Shown here piece after piece: positions 29,312 to 39,590 of a stretch of DNA of 64,000 nucleotides. The DNA comes from Candidatus Latescibacterota bacterium (GTDB taxonomy: Bacteria > Latescibacterota > UBA2968 > UBA8231). The notes beneath the pieces are model-generated. The model did not search any database. It saw nothing but the letters and a program-made list of their open reading frames with translations, and was not told the DNA's origin. Where the stretch lies: assembly GCA_965197905.1 (NCBI GenBank), contig CBDAOB010000004.1:448001-512000 (forward strand), given 5' to 3'. The translations under genes and the position numbers were made by a program. Within the stretch, counting starts at the first letter, position 1. Each line of letters starts with the position of its first letter.

Positions 29312-29388
29312 GGGCCCATAGCTCAGTTGGTTAGAGCGGCGGACTCATAATCCGTTGGTCGTAGGTTCGAGTCCTACTGGGCCCACCA
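29312..29388 (+). tRNA. tRNA-CAT, most likely tRNA-Ile2 (lysidine); elongator Met not excluded
   Basis: Cloverleaf GGGCCCA/TGGGCCC, anticodon arm GCGGA-CTCATAA-TCCGT, GTTCGA, CCA. Confidence 0.92.
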
Positions 29389-29622
29389 CTCCCTTTTCCG
29401 GTTTGACGCCTTATGGTCATGCGCGCTGCTGCGCTGGCCTCACCTCTTGATGGTCACCCAGCCACCGACCCAAGGTTGTGCAACTAATGCGCAAACGCTG
29501 GGTGTTGCTGCGCATTTCGGCCCCTGAACGACCCCCCGAAGGGCCTTTTACCTTCGAGCTATGACTAGTGCGCGCAGCGTCCTGCATGCGACACAGTCTC
29601 CTCGCATCCATCCGGAGAATCT

Positions 29623-29748
29623 GGTCATTTTGACAGCGCCTCCGGGCTTCGTTGCCTTGGGTTTGTAGTTTCTTCTGCCATTTTGACATACACTGCGCGA
29701 AGGATTCTGGGAGCTGCTGCCGGTGGGGTCAATGGTTCATGTTTTGCT
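29623..29748 (+). promoter_or_regulatory. Putative sigma54 promoter of clpB with two upstream palindromes
   Basis: TGGTTCATGTTTTGCT (GG-N10-GC, 29733-29748). GGTCATTTTGACA at 29623 and TGCCATTTTGACA at 29676. Confidence 0.5.
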
Positions 29749-29818
29749 ATTTAAGCTGCTGTCAGCAAGAATGGCCACTCAACCCTTTTTGGCAGCAATC
29801 CAAGCGGAGAAGTGTCTC

Positions 29819-32485
29819 GTGAACATCGACAGATATACTCATAAGTCACAGGAAGCCATCCAGGAAGCGCAGATGAAGGCGCTTCGTTTCGGGCACGCCG
29901 AGGTGGACTGCGAGCATCTGCTCCTGACCCTATTGGAGCAGCAGCAGGGAATTGTGCCGCGCATTCTCGAGCGAATGGAAGTCGATGTCCCCTCTTTTGA
30001 GCTCGAGTTGGAAACAGAGTTGCAGAAAAGACCACGGGTGTCGGGCTCGGGCATCGAGGCCGGAAAAACCTATGTCACCAGGCGCATGCAAGAGTTGCTG
30101 TTGAAGGCGGAAGACGAAGCCAAACGCATCAGGGACGAATACGTCTCCGTTGAACACCTGGCACTGGCTCTTCTGAATGGAGGTTCTGACGCACTTGCGG
30201 GGCGCCTGTTCCGGAAGTATGGCGTCGATCGCGACCGTTTTGTCGCGACGCTGTCGGAGGTGCGCGGCAACCAACGCGTAACCAGCGACAACCCTGAGAC
30301 TGCTTACGAAGCCCTGGAGAAATACGGAGCGGATCTGGTCGCACAGGTCAGAGCTGGCAAAGTGGATCCGGTCATCGGACGCGACGGCGAGATCCGCCGG
30401 GTGATCCGCATCCTCTCTAGAAAAACAAAAAATAACCCTGTTCTCATCGGCGAGCCCGGGGTCGGAAAGACCGCTATCGTCGAAGGTTTGGCGCAGCGCA
30501 TCGTGCGGGGCGATGTACCCGAATGGATGAAGGATCGCACGGTCTTCTCCCTCGATATGGGTGCCTTGATGGCTGGTGCAAAATACCGCGGCGAGTTTGA
30601 GGAACGGCTCAAGGCGGTGTTGAACGAAATCAAACAAAGCCAAGGTCGCATTCTGCTTTTCATCGATGAGCTGCACACGATCGTGGGAGCCGGTCGCACC
30701 GAAGGCTCCACCGATGCCGGGAATATGCTGAAGCCGATGTTGGGTCGAGGAGAGCTTCATTGCATCGGGGCCACGACTCTGGACGAGTACCGGCAACACA
30801 TTGAGAAAGACGCCGCCCTCGAGCGTCGCTTTCAACCAGTGGTCGTCGACGCGCCCTCAGTCGAGGACTCCATTTCCATCCTGCGCGGGCTGCGGGAACG
30901 ATACGAAGTCCATCACGGGGTGCGCATCCAGGACAATGCCCTGGTTGGCGCCGCCGTACTCTCGAACCGGTATATCTCCGACCGTTTCCTGCCCGACAAA
31001 GCGATCGACTTGGTGGATGAGGCCTGCGCCATGGTGCGCACGGAAATCGACTCGATGCCTGCCGAGCTGGACGAGGTAACGCGAAGGGTAATGCAGCTGG
31101 AGATCGAAGAAGCAGCCCTAAAGAAGGAGAAAGACACATCCAGCAAGGAACGACTGGCGCATCTGCGCAGAGAGCTGGCCGATCTGCGGAGCCAGGCAGG
31201 TGCCATGCAATCACAATGGGAACAGGAGAAGGCCTCCATAGGCAAGGAGCGTTCGATCCGCGAACAGATTGAGCAGATACGACGCGAAGTAGAGACGGCA
31301 ACTCAGCGTTACGACCTCGACAAGGCCGCCGAGCTCAAACACGGCGTGCTGCCCGACCTAGAGGCGAAGTTGAGCGGTCTCTCCGCTAAGGACGACGAAA
31401 ACGAGACAGGCCCGCGCTTGCTGCGCGAGGAGGTAACCGAGGAGGAGGTGGCCGAAATTGTCTCCCGGTGGACCGGGATCCCGGTCACTCGGCTGGTAGA
31501 GGGTGAGCGCGAGAAGCTGCTCCGCCTCGACGAGGTCTTGCACGAACGTGTCGTCGGCCAGGACGAAGCGGTCAACCTGGTGACGGACGCGGTGATTCGC
31601 GCCCGTGCCGGCATCAAAGATCCGCGGCGGCCCATCGGTTCCTTCATCTTCCTTGGCCCAACCGGCGTAGGCAAGACGGAGCTCGCCAAAACCCTCGCCC
31701 GCACCCTGTTTGACTCGGAAGAAAACATGGTGCGCATCGACATGAGCGAATACATGGAGAAACACGCCGTCTCGCGCCTGATCGGGGCGCCTCCCGGCTA
31801 CATCGGTTACGAAGAGGGAGGTCAACTTACCGAGGCGGTGCGGCGCAAACCGTATTCGGTGATCCTGTTCGACGAAATCGAGAAGGCCCACTACGACGTG
31901 TTCAACGTGCTCCTGCAGCTGCTCGATGACGGGCGGCTCACCGATGCTCAGGGCCGCACTGTCGATTTCAAGAACACGGTCGTCATCATGACGTCGAACA
32001 TCGGCTCACCCCTGCTCACAGAGGGGTTGGACGCCAGCGGCCGCTTGAGAGAGGATACTCGCAAGAAGGTGCTCGGCGAGCTGCGTCAGCATTTCAAGCC
32101 CGAGTTTCTCAATCGCGTAGACGATACGGTCCTGTTCAAACCGCTGACCCTGGATGAGATCAAGCAGATCGTCGGCCTTGTGTTGCAAGAATTGCGCCAG
32201 CGCCTGGAAGACCGGCGTGTCGACCTGCAGCTGACGGAACGGGCCCGGGAATTCGTCGCTCGCGAGGGATTCGACCCGGTGTTCGGTGCGCGCCCGCTCA
32301 AACGTTTCCTGCAGCACGAGCTGGAGACGCGCCTAGGTCGCGCCCTGATAGCGGGCGACCTCGCGGACGGCGCGAAAGTCACGGTTGACCTGGAGGGTAG
32401 CGAGCTGGCAGTGCGAATCGAGAACCCTTCCTGCGAAAACGATATCGTTGACCAGGTCACCGAATCGGTTGCCAGTCAGAACTAG
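29819..32485 (+). CDS. clpB: ATP-dependent chaperone ClpB
   Basis: Two AAA+ modules ([16 protein letters not shown]), [11 protein letters not shown], long middle coiled-coil domain, GARPLKR. GTG start 29819 after GGAG. Confidence 0.96.
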   Translation: MNIDRYTHKSQEAIQEAQMKALRFGHAEVDCEHLLLTLLEQQQGIVPRILERMEVDVPSFELELETELQKRPRVSGSGIEAGKTYVTRRMQELLLKAEDEAKRIRDEYVSVEHLALALLNGGSDALAGRLFRKYGVDRDRFVATLSEVRGNQRVTSDNPETAYEALEKYGADLVAQVRAGKVDPVIGRDGEIRRVIRILSRKTKNNPVLIGEPGVGKTAIVEGLAQRIVRGDVPEWMKDRTVFSLDMGALMAGAKYRGEFEERLKAVLNEIKQSQGRILLFIDELHTIVGAGRTEGSTDAGNMLKPMLGRGELHCIGATTLDEYRQHIEKDAALERRFQPVVVDAPSVEDSISILRGLRERYEVHHGVRIQDNALVGAAVLSNRYISDRFLPDKAIDLVDEACAMVRTEIDSMPAELDEVTRRVMQLEIEEAALKKEKDTSSKERLAHLRRELADLRSQAGAMQSQWEQEKASIGKERSIREQIEQIRREVETATQRYDLDKAAELKHGVLPDLEAKLSGLSAKDDENETGPRLLREEVTEEEVAEIVSRWTGIPVTRLVEGEREKLLRLDEVLHERVVGQDEAVNLVTDAVIRARAGIKDPRRPIGSFIFLGPTGVGKTELAKTLARTLFDSEENMVRIDMSEYMEKHAVSRLIGAPPGYIGYEEGGQLTEAVRRKPYSVILFDEIEKAHYDVFNVLLQLLDDGRLTDAQGRTVDFKNTVVIMTSNIGSPLLTEGLDASGRLREDTRKKVLGELRQHFKPEFLNRVDDTVLFKPLTLDEIKQIVGLVLQELRQRLEDRRVDLQLTERAREFVAREGFDPVFGARPLKRFLQHELETRLGRALIAGDLADGAKVTVDLEGSELAVRIENPSCENDIVDQVTESVASQN

Positions 32486-32665
32486 CGGAGACCGCGTTTG
32501 GATGCGCCGCAACCGCGATGGGTCAGCTAAAAGTGTCGATCCACAGCTTCAATGCCTGGTTCTTGGCAACCCGATCTACCCCCACTATCTTTAGTCCACA
32601 GATAGCGGTACGCAATTTTCGACCGCCGGTTGCAGGCGCTATTGTTCCACCTCGCGGCAAATTGC

Positions 32666-32742
32666 GGGCGATTAGCTCAGTTGGTTAGAGCGCTGGTCTC
32701 ACATACCAGAGGTCACTGGTTCAAATCCAGTATCGCCCACCA
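32666..32742 (+). tRNA. tRNA-Val(CAC)
   Basis: GGGCGAT/ATCGCCC acceptor, CTGGT-CTCACAT-ACCAG anticodon arm, GTTCAA, CCA. Confidence 0.95.
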
Positions 32743-33015
32743 TTACAATGGACGATGATCGGAGGCTCGTTGCCCCCGGCATGCTACGTCCTGCGACTCG
32801 AGGTGGCAACCAACGACGCCACCTTCACCGCCAGCCGCGTCGTGTCCCTGGCCTACTGAGAGGTGCAGTGATGTGGCGAACTGCCACGTCCCCGTGTAAC
32901 ACGGCCAGGGGAAGAAGAACCTCTGCGTCTGTCACGTTCGATATGAACCGAGAGATGGCGTGGCTATTGCGGATCGGCAGGCGCGGCTCCCGGCGCCATC
33001 CAGGTGGAGGATTCC

Positions 33016-33912
33016 ATGTCTGAACAGACCTATCGCGTAGCACCCAAGGGGTTCACGCCCCAGCAGTGGGAGCAATTCATGACGGAGGGTTTTCTCGTAA
33101 TCGAGAACGCCCTGTCTCAGGACGAGATAGACCACTATCTCGAAGTCATCGACCGGTGCTGCGCCGCTGACGCGAAATACGACCCCGGCAAGTTCTACAT
33201 GATCGAGAACATGGTCGAAAGAGACCCGGCTTTCGCAGAGTTGATCGACCACCCCCGGCACGTCGGATTTGTCTACGACATCTATGGAGAACTGCTGAAG
33301 CTGCACATATCACAAATCTTCATTCGTCCGCCTACCGATGCTCAAATGCATTGGCATCACGATGGCCCACGCGTTGTGCCGTATGCGGTTTTCGCACCGG
33401 AATTGTCGCTTCAGGTGAAGATCAGCTACTGGCTCACTGATCTGCCCCGTGACAGCATGGGCAACTTCGTCTACATGCCGGGAAGTCACCGGTCCCAATA
33501 CTCCGAGCATTACCACACACACGAGAGAGCGAAAGGCGAGAGAATTCTCTGCGTTCCCAGGGGGACAATGACGATTGTGCAGTGCAATACCTGGCATCGG
33601 GTAGAACCCAACGAGAGCGATGTGATGCGGAAAAACATCTTTCTGTCCTACTGCCCCTCGTGGATTTGTGAGGGTGACCGGTACGCGTCTTCTCCGGAGT
33701 GGCTCAAGACGTTAAATCGGGAACAGCGCATTATCATGCGGAGCTATTCCTACGGTTATTACCGGGCCAAGCCGCCCGCCGAAGACTTCCCGCTCTTCCT
33801 GGACCGCGAAACAGGCAGCGACTCGGACACCGACGCCGATACGCCAGTCCCGTTGAAACAGCGGAAGCGACGCACGATGCACGAGAAGCTTGAGATGCCT
33901 GTGTCTGCTTAA
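33016..33912 (+). CDS. Phytanoyl-CoA dioxygenase (PhyH) family Fe(II)/2OG oxygenase
   Basis: EGFLVIEN, WHHD, PGSH and WH...N...R motifs. Confidence 0.88.
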   Translation: MSEQTYRVAPKGFTPQQWEQFMTEGFLVIENALSQDEIDHYLEVIDRCCAADAKYDPGKFYMIENMVERDPAFAELIDHPRHVGFVYDIYGELLKLHISQIFIRPPTDAQMHWHHDGPRVVPYAVFAPELSLQVKISYWLTDLPRDSMGNFVYMPGSHRSQYSEHYHTHERAKGERILCVPRGTMTIVQCNTWHRVEPNESDVMRKNIFLSYCPSWICEGDRYASSPEWLKTLNREQRIIMRSYSYGYYRAKPPAEDFPLFLDRETGSDSDTDADTPVPLKQRKRRTMHEKLEMPVSA

Positions 33913-34034
33913 CCTTAAATAGGCCGATGTGAGTATGCCCATCTGAGACATTAAAAATTGGAGCAATAGAGAAAGGGGATTCTCGCTCCAACCGACTCTC
34001 GACTACCCTCCAGATCTCTGTGTTCTCAGTGCCC

Positions 34035-35330
34035 TTAGTGGCTGTCTCGGTCCTCGGGAATGATCCTCACCCCAGGATCATCGGTCCGCTCGCACCACTC
34101 GCCGAGGCGATTGCGACACCACGACAGGGTCTCGGCGTGACGTGACTCGACAGCCAGATTTACCATTTCGCCGGGATCCGCGTTCAGATCCACCATTTGT
34201 TCTCGATGGCTTCCCATCACGTAGACGGAGTACTTTAACGAATCGGTGACGAGCGCGTAGGAGGGTTCGCCCGGTCCGCCGCCCAACCCGATCTCGGTTT
34301 CCACAACGAGCTCGTCCCGCCAGCTTCCGCCGTCACCGCCCTCGACTAGCGGACGGATGCTCAACCCGTCGCGCCCACTCGGGCACTCGATCCCCGCGTA
34401 GTCGCACACTGTCGGCAATAGATCCAATCCGTTCGAAACGAGATGGGTCGCATCAACGCGTCCCCCGTCCTGACCCGACCCAGAAACGATCATCGGAATG
34501 CGGATCACTTCTTCCCATAATGCCGTCTTCTGGTTCCAGTGATGGGCGCCGTGTCCGTCGCCGTGGTCGCTCGTGAAGATCACGACGGTGTTGTCGGCCT
34601 TGCCCGACGCCTCCAGCGCATCGAGCAGTCGCACGATCTCCGCATCCACCTTCTCGACCAACCGATAGTACTGATGCCGGAAGTGACGCCATTGATCGTC
34701 CGTCCACTCCAACGTCGGAAACGCGGCCGGCTTCACGCGTCGCAGCCACTGCAAGACATCCGGCGCGAACGGCGGAATCGCGAAGTTCGCGGGTAACGCA
34801 GGACAGTCCTCGAGCGGCGCCTGCGGGACAGGTCCTTGCGGCGGAGCCTGACCACGCGCGACCTGACAGATATCGTGGGGGTTGATGAACGAAGCGAACA
34901 GGAAGAAAGGGTTAGCTCGCTCCGCGCTAATGTAATCCGCTGATGCACTCGGCACACGCGCATCGTCCTTCGGACAGAGCCAATCGAACCCGCAATCCGA
35001 CGGCTCGCACCCCGGAGCGTGCCACTTCCCCGCAAGCGCCGCGTCGTAGCCGCCCTCGCGCAACACGTTCCCGATCGTCGTATCCAGCAGATCCTGCTCG
35101 AACGGCGACCCCGTCGCCCCCACTTGATGCGGCATCAGCCCCGTCACGAAGCTCGCCCGCGCCGGAACGCACGCCGGGTACGTACAATACGCCCGGTCGA
35201 ACCGCATACCCGCCGCCGCGATGCGATCCATCCCCGGCGTCACCAGGTTATCATTTCCAGCACAACTCATCGCCCCCGCAAACTGCTGGTCCGTACAGAT
35301 AAATAGTATGTTCGGCTGACCTGCCATCAT
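34035..35330 (-). CDS. Formylglycine-dependent sulfatase (choline-sulfatase-like)
   Basis: PNILFICTDQ, CVPAR, GKWH, NPHD, FTSDHG and DPGEMVNLA motifs. Confidence 0.92.
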   Translation of the reverse strand: MMAGQPNILFICTDQQFAGAMSCAGNDNLVTPGMDRIAAAGMRFDRAYCTYPACVPARASFVTGLMPHQVGATGSPFEQDLLDTTIGNVLREGGYDAALAGKWHAPGCEPSDCGFDWLCPKDDARVPSASADYISAERANPFFLFASFINPHDICQVARGQAPPQGPVPQAPLEDCPALPANFAIPPFAPDVLQWLRRVKPAAFPTLEWTDDQWRHFRHQYYRLVEKVDAEIVRLLDALEASGKADNTVVIFTSDHGDGHGAHHWNQKTALWEEVIRIPMIVSGSGQDGGRVDATHLVSNGLDLLPTVCDYAGIECPSGRDGLSIRPLVEGGDGGSWRDELVVETEIGLGGGPGEPSYALVTDSLKYSVYVMGSHREQMVDLNADPGEMVNLAVESRHAETLSWCRNRLGEWCERTDDPGVRIIPEDRDSH

Positions 35331-35784
35331 CACCACGATTCAGAAAAACGCTAGCCACCAAGACACGAAGAAAACACCAGAAGGGATATACACGAAGTGT
35401 AGGAATCATAAAGGGCCTTTTCGGGTGCATGGTCAAGTAAATAGGTTTTCACGATTCTTGTGCATTTGTTGTACCGATTTGATATGTAAACGCTTTCAGT
35501 CCTTCTTGAAGAATTGACCACTCGAACGGCTGCGTTAACTCACCCCGCCCTGTCCCGATGTGAGGTATCCCAGCGTATAGCCACACCGTCAAGGCGACAT
35601 AGATTGGAACATCCGGCTGACTCCGGGTCAGTTTCAAACCGCAGTAAAACTCGTCGCTGAGTTCAGTACGTTCCTCTGGAGAAAAGCTGTCCCGACGGGT
35701 CGGATTTCGTATTCTTTAGTGTTCCGCCTATCACGCAGCCATGGCTGTACAGACCGTCAACGAACGCGGAGGTGACCCACTAGC

Positions 35785-36735
35785 ATGTCAAACTTGAAGG
35801 TAGCAATCATCGGGTGCGGCGGTCGAGCTCGGGGATTACTGAACGACCTGCTCGGTTTTGATGATGTGGACATAGATGCAGTGTGTGATCCTGTCGAAGA
35901 AGCCCGCAACGCCTTGGGGGACGACGCGGGTGCCCAACGCCGCTTTGGCCACGTTGACGAGTTGCTGGATGCCGGAGGCCTCGATGGGGTATTCGTGACG
36001 CCGCCGCCGCATCTAAACGCGACCGTAGCCCTTCCATGCCTCAAACGCGGCATGGACACGTTTGTGGAAAAACCCCCGGGGATGAGCGTCGGGGAAACCA
36101 CGGCCTTGCGCGATGCTGCCGCTGCCAGCGGTGCCAAAGGAATGGTGGGGTGGAATCGCCGTATGAATCCCATGATAATTCGGGCACAGGAGATGGTCCG
36201 GGAGCGCGGACCGATCGTGCATATGGTGGGCGAGTTTCACAAAAGCCTCACCAAGTTTGAGCAGAGCGGTCTGTACGGCCCTGAGTTTTTGGACCACATG
36301 ATGTGGGAATCGATCAACCACACCGTAGACATCGTGCGGGCTATGGCGCAGTCGGACGTGTCGGAGGTTCACAGCGTCGTGCGTCGCGCCGCCCACAAAT
36401 ACAAGGACGTCTTCGGCGCTCTGGTTCTATTTGAAAACGGCTGTCTGGCCCATCTGATTTTCAATTGGACCACTGACGGCCGCTTGGAGCGCTACGAGAT
36501 CCACGGTCACGATATTTCCGCCTACCTGGAAGGGCTGAATCAGGGGGTGGTGTTCTGTGACGGTACGCGTCACGAACTACCGAATGGCGGCAATGGAGCG
36601 GAGGAGGAGGAGCGCTACTTTCTCGATTGCGTCAAGGAGAATCGACCGATCGAGTTACCGGCATGTAACGTGGAGGAAGCGATCAAAACCATGGAGCTGG
36701 CCGAGGCGATCCTCGCCGGATTGCGGGAAGACTGA
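35785..36735 (+). CDS. Gfo/Idh/MocA family oxidoreductase
   Basis: IIGCGG, EKPPG, GWNRR and HTVD motifs. Confidence 0.9.
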   Translation: MSNLKVAIIGCGGRARGLLNDLLGFDDVDIDAVCDPVEEARNALGDDAGAQRRFGHVDELLDAGGLDGVFVTPPPHLNATVALPCLKRGMDTFVEKPPGMSVGETTALRDAAAASGAKGMVGWNRRMNPMIIRAQEMVRERGPIVHMVGEFHKSLTKFEQSGLYGPEFLDHMMWESINHTVDIVRAMAQSDVSEVHSVVRRAAHKYKDVFGALVLFENGCLAHLIFNWTTDGRLERYEIHGHDISAYLEGLNQGVVFCDGTRHELPNGGNGAEEEERYFLDCVKENRPIELPACNVEEAIKTMELAEAILAGLRED

Positions 36736-37251
36736 TGTGCTTGGGTAGCCGACGGCGCCTCGTACCTCGTGGCGCTCTCTCGTGCTCGATGAAAATCGCC
36801 CGAAGATAGGGACGGTCACATGACGTATCCCCCTCGAGGACAAAGACTCGACAGAAACTCAAGCTGAATTGGCTCCATAACTTCAATCCAACGGATACGC
36901 GCAACCAACTGCACGCCCGTAATATTAGTCAACGAGCTTTTCCAACTTCGCCTCCATTGCAGGTCTACTCAAGGCGAACTATGATCGTCAAAAAGGGCCG
37001 CGCGACTTGGCCAGGAATATACTCTTGGCGGCGGCGCAGATGAGCGAAATGGAAACCAGATGGCGGACAGAAGAAGCAACGCCGACCGAGTGCCGCCGTA
37101 ATCGCCGCAGGTCGAATTTGCTTCCCTCCGGTTTGAGCGCATCACCCCTCAGAAAATCCCGCCAAGGAACGTACTGGAGCCTAGGTGCCATAGCTTGCTA
37201 TTAACAACCCAATAGGAAACAAGACGAATTGACATGAAAACGCTAAAACGA

Positions 37252-37300
37252 TCTCACATACTTATGAGGTCACTGGTTCAATCCAGTATCGCCCACCATT
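37252..37300 (+). repeat. attR-like displaced 3' fragment of tRNA-Val
   Basis: TCTCACATAC...GAGGTCACTGGTTCA-ATCCAGTATCGCCCACCATT. Confidence 0.9.
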
Positions 37301-37301
37301 G

Positions 37302-37340
37302 AAAAGCCCTCGGGATCTTTGATCTCGGGGGCTATCTTTT
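37302..37340 (+). terminator. Intrinsic terminator after the tRNA-Val fragment
   Basis: AGCCCTCGGGATC-TTT-GATCTCGGGGGCT stem followed by a T tract. Confidence 0.7.
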
Positions 37341-37443
37341 GTCGACCAACAGTCTTGACCTATTCGCTTCACGACTGCATTTTAATTCTCGTATCACATT
37401 TGTCTGGCTGAACTTGCGTCGTTCTCTGGGAGGAGGTCTGGCC

Positions 37444-38154
37444 GTGCAAGAAGGTCTGCTTGAATTGATTCGGCTACAAGACGTAGACCTGGAACTGGGA
37501 GAACTGGAAAAGGTGCGCGATCACTATCCCAGCGAAATCAGCGTCCGCGAGAAAGAGATCGCCGATGCCCGTAGCGGTCTGGAGGAGCTTGAAAACACGG
37601 TCGAGGAACTTGCCCGACAACAGCGGCAGATTGAGCGGGAATTGGAGGATTCCAAGGTCAGCCTAAAGGAACACGAGGAACGATTCTCCGTAGTCTCGAC
37701 CAACAAGGAATACGATGCCTTGCAAATGGAAATCGAGGCCTGCAAGTCGAATATCTCCGAACGCGAAAGCCGCATTCTCGATATCATCGAAAACACCGAA
37801 AAAATCAACGAGCAGATCGCTGGGGAAAAAGACGGGGTTGAGGAGGTCTGTTCGGAACAACAGGTTCGCATTAACGAATTGCAGTCCAAGCTGGCGACTC
37901 TGCAGCAGGAAGTTGACGCGGTAACAGCTCGGCGGGAAGTGGTGAGCAAGAATATCGACGGCCGGTTATTGCAACACTACGATCGCCGGCGAAAAGGGAA
38001 CGGATTGAGTGTTTCTGGTGTCCGGAAGGGGGCCTGTGGCTCCTGCTTTCGGGAGCTGCCCGCTCAGCAAAAAAGCGATGTGCGTCGCAGCGAACGCTTG
38101 ATCACCTGTGAAAGCTGTGGAGCAATTCTCGTTTGGGACGATAATTCGAGTTAG
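37444..38154 (+). CDS. C4-type zinc-ribbon coiled-coil protein (DUF164/CT398-like)
   Basis: LQDVD start, NKEYDAL, CGSC...CESCGAIL. GGAGG RBS. Sits before rnpB. Confidence 0.9.
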   Translation: MQEGLLELIRLQDVDLELGELEKVRDHYPSEISVREKEIADARSGLEELENTVEELARQQRQIERELEDSKVSLKEHEERFSVVSTNKEYDALQMEIEACKSNISERESRILDIIENTEKINEQIAGEKDGVEEVCSEQQVRINELQSKLATLQQEVDAVTARREVVSKNIDGRLLQHYDRRRKGNGLSVSGVRKGACGSCFRELPAQQKSDVRRSERLITCESCGAILVWDDNSS

Positions 38155-38161
38155 AAGCCTT

Positions 38162-38523
38162 GGAGTGGGTCGGGTGATCGCGCTGATCAATCGATCGGTG
38201 AGGAAAGTCCGAGCTCCGCAGGACGGGATGCTGGGCAACGCCCAGGAGGGGCAACCCTACAGACAGTGCCACAGAAAAGACACCGCCCGACTTTCGAGCC
38301 GGGTAAGGGTGAAATGGTGAGGTAAGAGCTCACCGCGTTTCCGGCGACGGGGACGGCACGGTAAACCTCATCCGGAGCAAGGCCAAATAGGGGAAGAGAG
38401 GTGGTCCGCCTCGTTATAATTCCCGGGTAGGCCGCACCGAGGTATGCGGGTAACCGCTACCCCAGATGAATGATCGCCCTGCGCTTGACTGTGCAGACAG
38501 AACTCGGCTTACAGACCCACTCC
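38162..38523 (+). ncRNA. rnpB: RNase P RNA, bacterial type A
   Basis: GAGGAAAGTCC, AGTGCCACAGAAA, GGTAAGGGTGAAA, GGTAAAC and ACAGAACTCGGCTTA motifs. P1 helix GGAGTGGGTC/GACCCACTCC. Confidence 0.97.
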
Positions 38524-38555
38524 TCCTTCCACTACTATCGACTTACACCGCCCTC

Positions 38556-39590
38556 ATGATCTGGGTTTCTTCCTTCTGCAAAATCGCCACCCCGGCCACA
38601 GGTGTGTGTCGGCTCCGGGCCCTTCTTCTGTCACTCTTTCTGTTTTGCAGTGCTGCCATTGGTCAGGAAGTGGAAGAATCATTGAGCCTCGGCAGTGATG
38701 CCGGACCGATCATCGAAGGGCGCATTGATTGGACGAACAACGAGATCATCGCCTATGGCGAGGGTGTTGCTCCTGACGATCTAACCAATCCCGCCCGTCA
38801 GCGACTCATGGGGGCTCTTGCGGCAAAGGTGGTCGCTTACAGGAATCTTCTCGAATTGATTGGAGAGGTTCGCATAGACTCGAAGACGCAGGTGGGAATG
38901 GCGATGGTGCAGAGCGATTCGGTGCGGATCAGGTTAGAGGGCATCGTGCGCGGCGCCAGGATCGTGCAGGGAAGTCAGACGGAGGTAGACGGACTGTACA
39001 GAGTCGCGCTTAGACTGAAGCTGCTGAATGACTTCACCGAAGCGGTGTTGCCGGTTGCAGCGACAAACGCTGCGGAGGAAAACAGTTTCGACGAATCGGA
39101 GTTGGATTCGCTTCTAACCTACTTGCCGGAAGCGTACACCGGGTTGATCGTGGACGCCCGCGGCCTGGACCTGCAGCCCAGCATGGCGCCAAAGATTCTG
39201 GCGGCGAGTGGCGCACAGATATACGGAGTTGGAATCGCGGAGCAACATTTCATAACCAGCATCGGTTTGGTGGGATACCACAAGGATCCCGAACAGGCCG
39301 CCGGTTCCGACCGCCTCGGGGGGAACGAGGCGCACCCGCTGGTAGTAAAAGCGGAGAAGGTGTCGGGGTTATATAATGCCGACGTCGTCGTCAGCAACGA
39401 GGATGCAGCGAACATTCGATTTGCCGACACATCCGCCGAATTCCTCAAAGAATGCCGGGTCGCTCTGATCCTTGGGCCGGCGCCCGTTGACACGGTTCTG
39501 GCGGACTCTGTTCTTACCGATTCAACCAACCTGGAGGATCTCGACTTTGACTTTCGCGGAGAAGCTGAAGACAGCGACAGGACGGAATGA
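38556..39590 (+). CDS. Exported LPP20-like protein
   Basis: Signal peptide, IDW...AYGEG, AYRNLLE, YTGLIVDARGL and PSMAPKI motifs. Start uncertain. Confidence 0.65.
   Translation: MIWVSSFCKIATPATGVCRLRALLLSLFLFCSAAIGQEVEESLSLGSDAGPIIEGRIDWTNNEIIAYGEGVAPDDLTNPARQRLMGALAAKVVAYRNLLELIGEVRIDSKTQVGMAMVQSDSVRIRLEGIVRGARIVQGSQTEVDGLYRVALRLKLLNDFTEAVLPVAATNAAEENSFDESELDSLLTYLPEAYTGLIVDARGLDLQPSMAPKILAASGAQIYGVGIAEQHFITSIGLVGYHKDPEQAAGSDRLGGNEAHPLVVKAEKVSGLYNADVVVSNEDAANIRFADTSAEFLKECRVALILGPAPVDTVLADSVLTDSTNLEDLDFDFRGEAEDSDRTE

Larger units (their letters stand above)
24053..29351. mobile_element. Tyrosine-integrase genomic island adjacent to the 5' side of tRNA-Ile2 (ends approximate)
   Basis: Integrase gene. 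TGACACAAA motifs at both ends (24094-24112 and 29163-29197). AT-richer, decayed cargo. Confidence 0.6.
32697..37300. mobile_element. Integrase-less genomic islet inserted in tRNA-Val
   Basis: 3' half of tRNA-Val (32697-32744) repeated imperfectly at 37252-37300. Confidence 0.85.

Noticed and set aside
38466..38555. ORF start inside rnpB
   Set aside because: It overlaps the RNase P RNA 3' end; a downstream ATG is more plausible.
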